DNA of 64,000 nt from an uncultured Actinomycetes bacterium (GCA_963709345.1 CAVPVX010000011.1:384001-448000); one strand, 5' to 3'. Positions 19,376 through 30,375 are shown, numbered from the stretch's first letter. Notes: generated by a model from the sequence alone, not told the origin. Program-made: numbers and translations.

Positions 19376-21436
19376 TCAGCCGCGGACCAGTCTCAGGAAC
19401 TCGTCGGCGTCGACATGGATCAGGAGTTGCTGGCGGGCAGGCAGACTCGCGCGCTCGAACCGCGGCTTGCCGGCCAGCGAGCTCATCTGCACGATCGCCT
19501 CCATGGAGCGTGCGCCGTGGATGTACTCGCCGATCTCAAGGAACGCGCGCAGCACGCCGTCGTCTATCTGCATGAGCGGCTCTCCGCCCCGGACCGGGGA
19601 GAGCATCTGCGGCGCGCGCCCGGCCAGCAGCGACCGCAACACCAGTGCGCGACGCAGGGGTGCGGCGACGTCGCCGGGATCCTGACGGTTGGGGCCGGTG
19701 ACGTCCACGTAGCCGCGCAGCCGGCTCACGAAGTCCGGCTTCTTGGCCGCGCGCTCCTGCCGCTCGTCCTTGAAGCCGATGAAGTCCTCGAACGACGACG
19801 CCGTGCCGCCGGCGAACACGAAGATGGCCGTGCCCAGCGGGTGGGACCCGTGCCCGTCGTGGAAGCGGCCGTCGGCCATGGGCGAGAGGAAGTGGGGCAG
19901 CCAGCCGAGCAACTGACCCTGGAGCGGGGCGTCGAACTCGTCCCAGAACACGAGCGCGAGGTCGCCACGCAGGGCCACGTCGCGGATCTCGTGGAAGGCC
20001 GCGTGCAGGCCTTCGGCGGAGCGCATCTGCGAGAGGTCGTACTCCAGCCGGTCGACGCGGCCGGAGAAGAGCACCGTGGCGAGCTGCCGGACGGCAAACG
20101 TCTTGCCGGCGCCGGGAGGCCCGAACACGGCGATCGGCAGGGGCGCGATCCCACTCCCGCCGCGCAGGCCCTGCTGCACGTACTCGCTGAGGATGTTGCG
20201 GATGCTGCGCATGTTCTCGATCTCGATCCGGTCGATCGACGACCAGGCGCCCACCGTCTCGACCGGGATGCCGGAGGGAAGTCCGCGCACACCGTGGACG
20301 GCGGCGTTGACGGCCACGGCGGCCATGGACATGTCGGCGCAGGTCTGCTCGAGGATCGAGGTGCCACGGTTGGGACGGTAGGCGACGCTGGCGAACTCCG
20401 TCGGCTCGCGCTGGAGCGCCGTGGCGACGGCGCCGAGGGGGAAGGGGCTGCACGGCTGCTCCGGGTCATCGCCCACCTGGAAGCCTTCCACGTGGGCGCT
20501 CCGCGCGGCGCCCAGGCCGCGCTGCACGGCGGCCACCAGGCCGGCCTCGCTCTGCGTCGTCAGCTGCAGGGTCACGGCGGCGTCGATACAGCGGCCGTAG
20601 CCGGCGCCGACGCCAGGGTACTGCTGGCTCCAGTCGCCCTCCTGGGTGTGTGGGTCGAAGACCAGCACATCGTCGCCCTCGCGGTCGATGATGACGGCGC
20701 CGCTGGCGCCGACGACGACGATCACCCGCCGCGCACGCGCCAGCGGGTGCGCACGCACCGCGGCGGAGATCTCCTCGGTCATCTGCTCCCACGAGAGCGA
20801 ATAGCCGACCTGCAGGCCTGCCTTGCGGAGTTCGTCGGCCGATATGAGCGCCGTGAGACGGTCGGCGTGCTCCCCGAGCAGCAGGTCGGCGAGCGGCGAG
20901 CCGGAGAGCGGCGCCCCCGTCTGCCAGATGACGTTGGCCGGCTCTGCGGCGAGCAGACTCGGCAGGTCCGGGAAACTGCTCCGGTAGCCGATGGCGTGGT
21001 CGACGATGAGGACCGTGTCGACCTTGTCGGGAGCGCGGGGGGGCTCACAGCCCGGCCCCGACTTCGCGGGGTTCGTGCCCTTGAACTCGACGATGCGCCA
21101 CGCGGTGTCGCTGCGATCGCCGAGGGTCCGGGGGAACTCGGCGATGTCGGCGTAGGTGTGGGAGTAGCATGGATGGAACGGTGATCTGAGAGCATCAGGG
21201 GAGACGTCCGCGCCGAAGATCTCCACATCATCGAGCCCGGCGGCTGCGACCGTGCGCCGCAGGATGTCGGTGTGCGACGCCGCGCCGCCGGCGCTCGCCA
21301 GCTGGCGTCCGGCGTAGTCCCCGCCCCACATCCAGATGAAGTCGAGAGCGCCGCGCTCTCGCGGCGCCTGCGAGAGCAGGAGCCAGTCGATGGTGACGTC
21401 ACCTGTGATGACGACCGTGCGCGTGCTGTTGGCCAT
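19376..21436 (-). CDS. ATPase with N-terminal PfkB/ribokinase-like domain and C-terminal AAA-type domain
   Basis: VVITGDVTIDW..AGGAA at the N-terminus; Walker A VFGPPGAGKT, Walker B LVFWDEFD, IFVFAGGT and KPDFVSRLRG. Confidence 0.75.
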   Translation of the reverse strand: MANSTRTVVITGDVTIDWLLLSQAPRERGALDFIWMWGGDYAGRQLASAGGAASHTDILRRTVAAAGLDDVEIFGADVSPDALRSPFHPCYSHTYADIAEFPRTLGDRSDTAWRIVEFKGTNPAKSGPGCEPPRAPDKVDTVLIVDHAIGYRSSFPDLPSLLAAEPANVIWQTGAPLSGSPLADLLLGEHADRLTALISADELRKAGLQVGYSLSWEQMTEEISAAVRAHPLARARRVIVVVGASGAVIIDREGDDVLVFDPHTQEGDWSQQYPGVGAGYGRCIDAAVTLQLTTQSEAGLVAAVQRGLGAARSAHVEGFQVGDDPEQPCSPFPLGAVATALQREPTEFASVAYRPNRGTSILEQTCADMSMAAVAVNAAVHGVRGLPSGIPVETVGAWSSIDRIEIENMRSIRNILSEYVQQGLRGGSGIAPLPIAVFGPPGAGKTFAVRQLATVLFSGRVDRLEYDLSQMRSAEGLHAAFHEIRDVALRGDLALVFWDEFDAPLQGQLLGWLPHFLSPMADGRFHDGHGSHPLGTAIFVFAGGTASSFEDFIGFKDERQERAAKKPDFVSRLRGYVDVTGPNRQDPGDVAAPLRRALVLRSLLAGRAPQMLSPVRGGEPLMQIDDGVLRAFLEIGEYIHGARSMEAIVQMSSLAGKPRFERASLPARQQLLIHVDADEFLRLVRG

Positions 21437-21631
21437 GATCGACTCCGGATCGGTGTGTGCGACGCAGTCATCGTACCCGCTGGAGCATCGACCTGCTCAT
21501 CGGCTTGCCGAGTCTCGAGGACGTGGCGCGCTGTGGAACCTTGCGGAGCGCTCCGCCGGGCTGGATGATGTTCACGGCCCTGTTCCGCGTCAGTCAGCCA
21601 GATGACTCAGGCCGACAAGGACCGCGCCGTC

Positions 21632-21705
21632 GCCATGAACCCGATCACCTGGACGCGGACGTAGATCCGGGCGACGGCCGGGCAGAGCCCGGATTCGATC
21701 GGGAT
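21632..21705 (+). pseudogene. relic of a DUF3089-like gene
   Basis: GCCATGAACCCGATCACCTGGACGCGGA matches 26151-26178 (AMNPITWTR), followed by an in-frame TAG. Confidence 0.5.
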
Positions 21706-21876
21706 CGACTCCACGACCGGGATGCTGCTGCTGAGCAAGGGGTATGCTGTGCCATCGGGCGGCTGAGGCGGAACGTGTCGAGCCGCAGTGCGTGCTGCAC
21801 CGACGCGAGCGTCGCGGCGTGAGGAACGCTCGATGAGTGAGGCGATCTCGCCGATGCTCGGTCTGAGACGGGAGGC

Positions 21877-22785
21877 ATGATGAGCGACGACGCAGATCGC
21901 TACAAGGAGATCCTCGACAACCTCTACGACGGTGTCTATTTCGTCGATCGCGACCGCGTGGTCACCTACTGGAACAAAGGCGCCGAGCGCATCAGCGGCT
22001 ATTCTGCGGACGTGATGATCGGCCACTCCTGTCGCGATCACCTGCTCAACCACGTCAATGCCGACGGCGTGCCTCTGTGTGAGGACCACTGCCCGCTGGC
22101 CGCGTGTATCACTGACGGACTACCTCGCGAGGCCGACGTCTTTCTCCATCACGCCGACGGCCACCGCGTGCCGGTGCTCGTACGAGGCGCCGCGCTCCGT
22201 GACTCCTCGGGCGAGATCGTCGGGGCCGTCGAGACCTTCAGCGGAGACACGGCCGGGCACGCGATGCGCACCGAGGTGCGCGAGCTGCGCCGCAGCACGC
22301 AGCGCGACGCGCTCACGGGCGTGGGCAGCCGTGGCTACACCGAGGGACGGCTGCGCGCCGTGGTCGCCGAGTTCGAGGGCCGAGAGCCCGCGGCCGGCCT
22401 GTTGTTCGGCGACGTCGACCGCTTCAAGAACTTCAACGATACCTACGGCCACGAGGTCGGCGACCGGGTCCTGCGCATGGTGGCGTCGACCCTCCGGGGC
22501 AGTGTCCGCGGTGACGACGTGGTCGGCCGCTGGGGCGGCGAGGAGTTCGTCGTTCTGGTGCACGAGGTGAGCTTGGAGGCTGAGGTCGCCGCCCTCGGCG
22601 AGAAGTTGAGAGCTCTCGTCGAGGCCTCCCGCCTCGATCTGGCCGAGGAGAGCGTCAGCGTCACGGTCTCGCTGGGCGCCACCCTTCTGCAGTCCGGCGA
22701 CTCGCCCGAGAGCCTGGTGCGCCGGGCCGACCAGCTGATGTACGTCAGCAAGGAGGCCGGGCGGAATCGCGTCACGGTCGGCTGA
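21877..22785 (+). CDS. PAS-domain diguanylate cyclase
   Basis: PAS region YWNKGAERISGY; DALTG, DVDRFKNFNDTYGHEVGD and RWGGEEF. Confidence 0.93.
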   Translation: MMSDDADRYKEILDNLYDGVYFVDRDRVVTYWNKGAERISGYSADVMIGHSCRDHLLNHVNADGVPLCEDHCPLAACITDGLPREADVFLHHADGHRVPVLVRGAALRDSSGEIVGAVETFSGDTAGHAMRTEVRELRRSTQRDALTGVGSRGYTEGRLRAVVAEFEGREPAAGLLFGDVDRFKNFNDTYGHEVGDRVLRMVASTLRGSVRGDDVVGRWGGEEFVVLVHEVSLEAEVAALGEKLRALVEASRLDLAEESVSVTVSLGATLLQSGDSPESLVRRADQLMYVSKEAGRNRVTVG

Positions 22786-22931
22786 GACGACCGGTAGAGT
22801 GCCGACACACAGGGCGTGCGACTTCGCCGTCGCATCCCTCCCGGTCTCCCTTTGGCCCGTGCCGCAGCTTGGCCCACACGACGTCGAGATCGGGTCTTGG
22901 CGGCGTGCCTGCAACCCGGCGGCCGAGCGGG

Positions 22932-22958
22932 CAGCTATCCGGAATCTCCGGATAGTTG
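22932..22958. repeat. intergenic inverted repeat CAGCTATCCGGA-ATC-TCCGGATAGTTG
   Basis: Seen directly; one mismatch between the arms. Confidence 0.5.
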
Positions 22959-23044
22959 AATCCGGCTTGACCACACTCTCGATTCCCCGTGGATTTGTCG
23001 TGAGACGTCGTGACGGCAACTCAGTCCTCTGAGTGGTCTTACTC

Positions 23045-23211
23045 AAGACTTCGTCTTCGCGTCCGGCGACGAGCCCATTTTGCCGGGCGCCGCCTGGATC
23101 GACGAGCAGTGGGAGGCGGCGCGGGCGACCGCCCCGTCGGCGCCGACCGTGCTGGCGCTCGACGAGATCCACAAGATCCCCGGGTGGGCAGAGCGGGTCA
23201 AGGCTAACTGG
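23045..23211 (+). pseudogene. N-terminal fragment of an AAA_14/DUF4143-type ATPase
   Basis: Translates FASGDEP..WIDEQWEAAR..VLALDEIHKIPGWAERVKANW (Walker B region). Confidence 0.65.
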
Positions 23212-23424
23212 GCTTGACGTTCTGCCATGACAACACCCGTGCCGCCGATCCCTTGACCCGATGCGCCTCCGGGTGATCAGATGATGCCGGGCATACTTGC
23301 GACGAGCGTCACAACGGCATCGGGAGAGACCGAAGCGTCAGGGCGCGTAGCGGTCGTCACTCCACCTTGAGCGGGGGAGGGCTCGCGTCGTCCATGCAGC
23401 GCTGCGTTCACCAGGAGGTACCAA

Positions 23425-24423
23425 ATGCACTCTGCTGAGACTCTCTTGGGCTCGCCAGTTGGGCCCTCCCGCGCCCGCCGGTATTTCGCGGTGGCGCTGC
23501 TCATGCTCGCCTTCGCTTGTGCACTACCGGCCACGGCGGCGGCGTGGTCGGATGCGCCCTCGATCACCGTTGACACCCCGGCCGCCGGGTCCGTCTGGGC
23601 CGGCAGCGACACGCAGACCGTCGCCTGGACCTTGAGCTACGCCATCGACATGGGCAAGTTCTGCGTGTGGATCCCGGTCGCCGGCAACCCGGACATGGGC
23701 TACTTCGTTGAAGTTCTGGATGCGGCGCCTGGCCAGACCTCGTACTCGACGAACGTGACCGTGACCGGCGTCCCCCCTGGGGACGGATACCAGGTCAGTG
23801 TCCAACTGTGGACGCCCTGGCTGGACACCTGGGATCCGGGGCCGATCGGCCACAGCGGCAGCTTCACAATGCAGTCGGCCGGTCCGACGCCCGCCATCCG
23901 ATCCCTCTCTCCGAAGCGAGCCATGGTCGGCAAACTGGTGATCATCAGAGGCACGAACTTTGGCGCCATTCGAGGGTACAACTACGTCCTCTTTGGTAAG
24001 ACCGAGGCCAGGATCAAGAGCTGGAGCGCCACACAGATAAGGGTTGTGGTTCCCGCGGGTGCCCATGCCGGTCGCTGCGCCGTCACCGTGCGCGACGCCA
24101 ATCGCGCGTCAAAGGGAGTCTCGTTCACGGTCACGGCTCCGCGCGGCGGGGACGCCGGGCTGGTCGGCTCGTGGCACGACAACAGCTTGCTGGGCTGGTC
24201 CGAGATGTACAAGTTCACTGCGGCGGGTACGTTCGCCTACGTCATCGCCAACACCGACCAGATAAGCAAGACTGTCGGTTCGTACCGCGCGCGCGGAGAC
24301 AAGATCCGCTTGTTCAACCAGTGGTCGGACGGCAGGCGCGTGCCCAACGTCACCTTGACCTACAGCTATCGGGACTGGGGGAAGACGCTGATCATCGGTG
24401 CGGGGTCGTTCCGCAAGAAGTGA
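23425..24423 (+). CDS. secreted protein with IPT/TIG domain
   Basis: Signal peptide; PAIRSLSP..GKLVIIRGTNFG..SWSATQIRVVVP; AGGAGG RBS. Confidence 0.8.
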   Translation: MHSAETLLGSPVGPSRARRYFAVALLMLAFACALPATAAAWSDAPSITVDTPAAGSVWAGSDTQTVAWTLSYAIDMGKFCVWIPVAGNPDMGYFVEVLDAAPGQTSYSTNVTVTGVPPGDGYQVSVQLWTPWLDTWDPGPIGHSGSFTMQSAGPTPAIRSLSPKRAMVGKLVIIRGTNFGAIRGYNYVLFGKTEARIKSWSATQIRVVVPAGAHAGRCAVTVRDANRASKGVSFTVTAPRGGDAGLVGSWHDNSLLGWSEMYKFTAAGTFAYVIANTDQISKTVGSYRARGDKIRLFNQWSDGRRVPNVTLTYSYRDWGKTLIIGAGSFRKK

Positions 24424-24540
24424 CGCCTGTGGGGACCAGGGATGGGGTGCCGCGAGCCGGTGGCCGTCACGCCCCTCGAGCGCGCGAGGCGGTGAGGTAC
24501 GTGCCTACCCACCGCCCGGATCGGGCATCTCCGGCTCTCC

Positions 24541-25143
24541 TCAGAACTTCACGTACGCGGCGCCCGCAGCCGCTCCTGCCTGGGGGTCGGCTATCCATCT
24601 ACCGTCGGAAACGGCTGTGAACGTCATGTCCACAGTGGTTGGTTCCGGCACCAGTGGCGCTTCCCGCCATGCCTTGTCGAGGACAGCGATGATGGCCGCG
24701 TCCGGGGTGTCCTCAGTGATCTGCCCGCCGATCGTCTCGAACTGGGTGTCCAACGACGAAGACATGTCGAGGCCCCGGATAGCGACGGTCACGGTGGCGC
24801 TTTCACCATCGACTTTCTCATCGGCGACGGTGAACTCCACCTTGGAAAGCCCTGCCAGCATGGCTTCGGTGAGCTGGGCTTCCTGCTCGGCGGTCGGGCT
24901 GACCCCCCACGTCTCCAGCATGCTTTGGTTGGCGCTCCCGAACACCCCTTCCTCTGTGAGCTCGGTGTCCGGATTGTATTCTTTGAGCCCAGACACGTCC
25001 CCTCGCATCGCGTCCAGATAGAGCACGGCAACATCACTGGGAGATGGTCCCTCGGATGCCTGCTCTGCCGTGCCGCATCCGGTAACGGCGGCTGCCAGTA
25101 GCAAGGCGATCAACAGGGTGGACAGTCTGGTGACTCTCTTCAT
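24541..25143 (-). CDS. lipoprotein of unknown function
   Basis: Lipobox VTGC; acidic NTF2-like pattern EKVDGESATVTVAI. Confidence 0.75.
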   Translation of the reverse strand: MKRVTRLSTLLIALLLAAAVTGCGTAEQASEGPSPSDVAVLYLDAMRGDVSGLKEYNPDTELTEEGVFGSANQSMLETWGVSPTAEQEAQLTEAMLAGLSKVEFTVADEKVDGESATVTVAIRGLDMSSSLDTQFETIGGQITEDTPDAAIIAVLDKAWREAPLVPEPTTVDMTFTAVSDGRWIADPQAGAAAGAAYVKF

Positions 25144-25167
25144 CGGTGCTCCCCAGTTCGATTGGCA

Positions 25168-25359
25168 TCAATCCTTCCATGCAGAGACGGGCACGTCCAG
25201 ATGGTACGCCCCGGGTTTGACGGGCCCTGCGACGAGCGCCACCACCACCGTGCGCAGGCTGAGGCCCGCCATGCCCTCGCGCGAGAGCAGATCCAGGGCC
25301 GTGGAGACGATGGCCTCCTGGCTCAGCGGCGCCTGCGACGGGCGCGCCCGCCGGCTCAC
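25168..25359 (-). pseudogene. truncated TetR-family regulator (HTH relic)
   Basis: LSQEAIVSTALDLLSREGMAGLSLRTV then loss of similarity; GAACAC(C/A)GTTC operator-like repeats at 25404-25430. Confidence 0.55.
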
Positions 25360-25572
25360 TACTTCGCGTCGTCACGTGCGCTCATGAGGCCATGATGGCG
25401 AACGAACACCGTTCGGCAAGAACACAGTTCGTTGAGAAGGAAGGGGTGCGGTCAGCCCGCGCGAATCGGACCCCGCAGGTGCTGTCCTTCGCCAGGTCAA
25501 GGTGACGGTCGGCGCTGCCTATAGAGTCGGGGGAGAGGTCAGTTAGGCGGTCGGGCCTACGGAGGGAGCCGC

Positions 25573-26240
25573 ATGAACGTCAAGAGGTCTCTGCTCGCGG
25601 GGGTCGCGGCGCTCATGCTCGTCGCCGCGCTGGCTTCGGTCGCCGGACTGGCTTCGGTCGCCGCGCCAGCTCCGGCGACGCCGATCACACCGACCGACTA
25701 CTCCCAGAAGGCGCACTGGTTGCATGTGCAGCAGGCGGCCCGCTGGAAGGTCGACGTGTTCTACGTCTACCCGACCGCCTCTACTCCAGGACCGACCCCA
25801 GCCAGCCCATCTTCTGCCCGGCCGACGACCCCGGCATGATGCAGGGCGCGCAGAGCGCGTACACGCGGCAGGCCTGGGCGTTTCGCACCTTCGCCAACAT
25901 CTACGCTCCCTACTACCGGCAGATCGACGCCACCTACCAGCTCTCCGACTACATGAAGGCCCACCCGCGCGTGTACAAACGGATGGTGGCCGCGTACATC
26001 GTCGGCCAGTCGATCACCCGCCCGTACTTCCGCGCGAACCCCCATCTCAAGTACGCCAGAGGCGCGCGCGACACCGGCGTGATCGTCTCCTGGAACACCG
26101 AGGCGCCCGAGGTCGACGGCACCAACCTCGTCTTGCTGGCCGGGGGTATCGCCATGAACCCGATCACCTGGACGCGGAAGCAGACCCACGCCAAGGCCAG
26201 AGCTGAGCACTTCCTTGCGGCGCATCCGGCCATGAGGTGA
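25573..26240 (+). pseudogene. DUF3089 family secreted hydrolase, frameshifted and internally deleted
   Basis: DYSQKAHW, VDVFYVYPT, NIYAPYYRQ and VAAYIVG motifs in two frames; the GHSQG region is absent. Confidence 0.7.
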
Positions 26241-26434
26241 TCAGGCGCGTCCCGCTGCACGCGGCGCGCACGGCCGGCGCCGTGACCCGCGGTGCGAGGT
26301 CGAGCTCGTTGGCGTAGTCTGTCGGTGGACCGGTCATGGCGACATCGTCGCACACGCATCCGTCATGCGCCGATGTCGATGACGGTCCACCCATCCTTCG
26401 CCCCTTGCCGGCGGGGAGGCGATGAGGGGTGAGC

Positions 26435-27923
26435 CTATTGATACGTCGCCAACAGGTTCACAAGAAAATCCCACACCCGAGGGATCGAGGGGATGTGCAG
26501 GCGCTCATTCGGCGAATGGGCATCCTTGATCGTGGGACCAAGCGAGATCATGTCCATGCCCTCGTAGACCGACCCGATGATCCCGCATTCAAGCCCGGCG
26601 TGACACGATTCGACTCCAGGCTCTGTTCCGAAGAGCTTGCGATACGTCTCCTGACAGCGGGCCAGCAGTGGCGACGCCATGTTCGGATTCCAGCCCGGGT
26701 ACGCGCGGCTGCTGGTGACGGAAGCTCCAGCAAGCAGAGCCAGCGCCTCGATCCGGGCCGTGAGTTCGTCCAGCTGTGACCTCGCGGAGCTCCGTTGACT
26801 GCTCAGGACCTGGAGCAGGCCGTCGCGGATCTCGACGACGGCGAGATTGTTCGACGTTTCCACAAGCCCTTCGATGAACGGCGACATGCGGGCCACTCCA
26901 TGCGGAAGCGCGCACAGGAGGTCGATGACGGTATCTGTGTTCTGCTGACTCAGTCCGGTACGAAGCCGTTCTGTGGCGAAGTAGTCGAAGGCCGCCGTCG
27001 CATAGCCTGTGAAGTCGGAATCCGCTTCGGTGAGACGGATCGTCACCTGGGGATCGTCAGGGTACTCCTGCCGGACGATGCATTCATGGTCGGCCATCTG
27101 CGCCTGTATCGCCGGAGCATGTTTCGGGTCGACCGCGAACGTGGCTTCGGCTTCGCGCGGGATGGCGTTCGCGATGGAGCCACCTTTGAAGGCGACTAAT
27201 CTGATCTCGAAGGACGCCCGGATCCTGTTCAGGGCGCGCGCCACGGTCTTGTTGGCATTCGCTCTGTATTCTCGAATGTCGTCTCCGGAGTGCCCTCCCC
27301 TCATGCCTGCTGCACTCAATGTGAAGGTCTTCACATGCTCCGGCAGCGAAGCAAACATGAGCGGCAGCATGATGGTCGTGTTTCTGCCGCCGGCGCAGCC
27401 GATGGTGAACATGCCTTCCTCTTCGGAATCGATGTTCAGCAAGATCCGGCCCCGCACAAACTCCGGCTCCAGGGCGCTTGCTCCGCTCATCCCGACCTCT
27501 TCATCCACCGTATACAGCAATTCCAGAGGCGGGTGCGCCGAGGTTTGGATCCTTTGCCAGAATCAAGCCCATGGCAACTCCGATGCCATTGTCAGCGCCG
27601 AGCGTGGTCTGATCGGCTTTCAGCCAATCCCCGTCGTAGACGAGTCGAATCGGGTCGGTCTTGAAATCATGGTTCGACTCAGGCGTCTTCTGCCCGACCA
27701 TGTCGGTGTGTCCCTGAATGACCACAGTCGGAGCCTGTTCATATCCAGCCGTCGCCGGAATGCGGATGACCACATTCCCCGCGCTGTCGGCCTGATACTC
27801 AGAACCATGATCCGCGGCCCACTGTTGCAGCCAGCGCGAGATGGCTTCCTCATTGCCTGAGCAGCGAGGGATCGCCGCGATCTGGCTGAACGTGTCAAGG
27901 ATCTCTTGCGTTACTGCATCCAA
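26435..27923 (-). CDS. pepD: aminoacyl-histidine dipeptidase (M20C), frameshift near 27520-27545
   Basis: IPRCSGNE, QGHTDMV, TTLGADNGIG, TVDEEVGM, GGHSG and HAGLECG..HSPNE; TTG start with GGAG RBS. Confidence 0.88.
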
Positions 27924-28031
27924 GGGGTGTCTCTCCTTTGAAGCTGCAGGAATAATCCATTGCGGCAAGCAAGACCAGTCAGGTTGGCTCCTTTGGGAGC
28001 CAACCTGACTGGTCCGGGGAAACCTCGAATG

Positions 28032-29471
28032 CTACGCTGCCAGTTTCTCCTCCTCCTTCGCAAGATACCTCCGCTTCGTGAGCCAGGACCATCCGTACCC
28101 CAAGGCAATCAGGACAATCGGCCCGGCATACGTCTCGAGCACCAGGCGTATCGCCTCGCCGGTGCTCTCCGTGCCCATGACATAGTCCAACCCGGCGCCG
28201 AAATACGCGGCAAGACCCAACGCCAGTGTGACGCCGGCTGCGGTGTATGCGCCCGAATCCGCCCGCAACATGGTGAACGGCGCTTCCATCTTCTTGTACC
28301 TGAAGGCGACATACGCCACGACGAGGAGGATGTACGGGATCACCAGCGACAGCGCCGTCATGTTGGTCACGAGTACGAAGAACGATTCCACACCACCGAT
28401 CCCGATCAGCGGAACCGCTATCAGGACGATCAGGACCAGGGCCTGCGTCCAAAGCGCGTTCTTCAACGTGCCGTTCTTGTCTTTGCTGGTAAGGAACTTC
28501 GGGAACGTGCCCTTAGGCACGTCGGCGAACATCGCTCTGATCGGCGATTCCATCCAGACGACGAAGGCGCCTACCGAGGCGATGAAGGTGACGGCGGCGA
28601 ACACGCGGACCGTTATTGCGCCGTTGAGTCCGAAGTTCTCCGCCAGGATCTGATACACGACGTATTCGGCATTCGCCAACCCAGCCTCTTCAAGGGCCTC
28701 CGGCGAGGCGACAAGACTCACGGCAAGCGAGCCGACGACGTACGCCGCAGCCACCAACAACGTCGCGATGATCACGCCGCGCGGGAAGTTCCTCTTCGGC
28801 TTGTCGACGTCGGTGATGTAGGTGCCGGCGACTTCGGCGCCCGCGACGGCGAGGAGCAGCCATGCGAACGTGGCGAAGTAGGTGAAGTCGAAATCAGGGG
28901 TCACGTTCCCGGCCGTGAACGTCGTCGCAGTCGGTTCGCCGAGCAGGTATCCGACAATGGCGAACACGACGAACAGCACGACGAGCACGATGGTGAGCGG
29001 GCCTCCCACATCACTGAGTCGTGAGAAGGAGCGCACGCCTCTGACGGCGATCAAGGTCAGCAGGATACACAGGATCATGCCCATGTACGGCAACCAGTTG
29101 GCATTCGCATCAGTGAATCTGTTCTCCCCGAAGATCGCCCACGACACCATGACGGGTAGTCGGGCGAAGACGTACTGGAGATAGAACAGGTTCGCAACGA
29201 AATACGACCAGGTGCTGATGAAAGCCCATCGCTCCCCAAGGCTGCATTCGACCCAACTGTAGATCCCGCCGCCTTTCTCCTGGTTGGCGGACGCCAGTTC
29301 GGCGATGATGATCGAGAGCGGCAGGAAGAAGAAGAGAGAGACCACGACCCACGACGGGATCGCAGCCGGACCCAACGCCACGGCGTTGGTGGTGACGTTG
29401 CGGAACCCGAAGGTCGGCACGAAGATCAGCATGACCAGCGTAAGCAGGCCTAGCTTCTTTGCGGTTGTCAC
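28032..29471 (-). CDS. APC family amino acid permease (GadC/YjeM-like)
   Basis: About 12 TM segments; GGGIYSWV and AGAEVAG. Confidence 0.88.
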   Translation of the reverse strand: MTTAKKLGLLTLVMLIFVPTFGFRNVTTNAVALGPAAIPSWVVVSLFFFLPLSIIIAELASANQEKGGGIYSWVECSLGERWAFISTWSYFVANLFYLQYVFARLPVMVSWAIFGENRFTDANANWLPYMGMILCILLTLIAVRGVRSFSRLSDVGGPLTIVLVVLFVVFAIVGYLLGEPTATTFTAGNVTPDFDFTYFATFAWLLLAVAGAEVAGTYITDVDKPKRNFPRGVIIATLLVAAAYVVGSLAVSLVASPEALEEAGLANAEYVVYQILAENFGLNGAITVRVFAAVTFIASVGAFVVWMESPIRAMFADVPKGTFPKFLTSKDKNGTLKNALWTQALVLIVLIAVPLIGIGGVESFFVLVTNMTALSLVIPYILLVVAYVAFRYKKMEAPFTMLRADSGAYTAAGVTLALGLAAYFGAGLDYVMGTESTGEAIRLVLETYAGPIVLIALGYGWSWLTKRRYLAKEEEKLAA

Positions 29472-29654
29472 GAGCGCCCCCTTCTCATGCCGTTTTCGGA
29501 TGCCGCGGTGCCCCCTCGTCGATCACCTGCCGGGGCATCGACGATCATGAAGCCACGGTGGCCGCTTCCCATCCGGGGCTTCAACAGGCCGTTTAGACCA
29601 CAGTCATTGTCGTATGTCAATGGTCATATCGGAGAACGGCAGACCGCATCTCGT

Positions 29655-30113
29655 TCACGGCGCAGGCTGGATGCGCCGCCCCCAGCGCAGACCGCAGTCG
29701 CTCTGCACGGACGGCGCCAGGCTCGTCAGCGCGATGAGCGCGCCGACGGACCCCCAGATGGGCTGCTGGACGTTGTAGCCGATCACCCCGTACTCGACCA
29801 CCTCGAAGATGATCAGGCCGCAGCCCACGGCGAAGGCGCCGTACCAGGCCCAGGGCCGGCGCTGCAGCAGGCCGATCGCCACGACGAGCGGGAAGACGCC
29901 GAGGATCAGGAAGAGCAGCAGGCCGGGGACCCGGTAGTCGTGGAACGGCGAGTCCTGGATGTACGAGAGCGGCATCTTGAGCAGGCTGCCGTCCGGTCTG
30001 GCGGCCAGAGCGCCACCACCCGCGAGGCCGCCGACAGCCTGCAGCACGAGCAGCGCGAAGAGCACCCAGCTCAGTAGCGGTCGGCGGCGGCCGTCTGCTG
30101 CGTCTCGTGCCAT
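29655..30113 (-). CDS. hypothetical membrane protein
   Basis: Four TM segments; DGSLL..SPFHDYRVPGLLL. Confidence 0.7.
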   Translation of the reverse strand: MARDAADGRRRPLLSWVLFALLVLQAVGGLAGGGALAARPDGSLLKMPLSYIQDSPFHDYRVPGLLLFLILGVFPLVVAIGLLQRRPWAWYGAFAVGCGLIIFEVVEYGVIGYNVQQPIWGSVGALIALTSLAPSVQSDCGLRWGRRIQPAP

Positions 30114-30179
30114 GGCCGGCTCCTCTCGCGTTGAAGGCGTTGCCGCGCGACAGCGTACCATCCGGCGCCGGGCCGGTGA

Positions 30180-30375
30180 AGACCGCGAGCGAGACCACAA
30201 GGTGAACTACGCGATCGAGGACGCCCAAGGCCTGACGGCCATCGAGGTCAAGAGCGGCCGCGAGCGTGACGGCGACCGTCGCGGCCTCGCGGCCTTCGTG
30301 ACTCGCAACGCCTCTGCGCGCGTGCGCGCGGTCGGCTCAGGCGGTACGCCGCTCGACGAGTTCCTCGCCGAGTAG
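30180..30375 (+). pseudogene. C-terminal fragment of a DUF4143-type ATPase/nuclease
   Basis: ERDHKVNYAIE..LTAIEVKSGR..GLAAF..VGSGGTPLDEFLAE. Confidence 0.65.

Noticed and set aside
23295-23415. c-di-GMP or glycine riboswitch before the IPT/TIG gene
   Set aside because: Only a GGGAGAGACC fragment and small hairpins; the conserved cores were not found. It would need cmscan.
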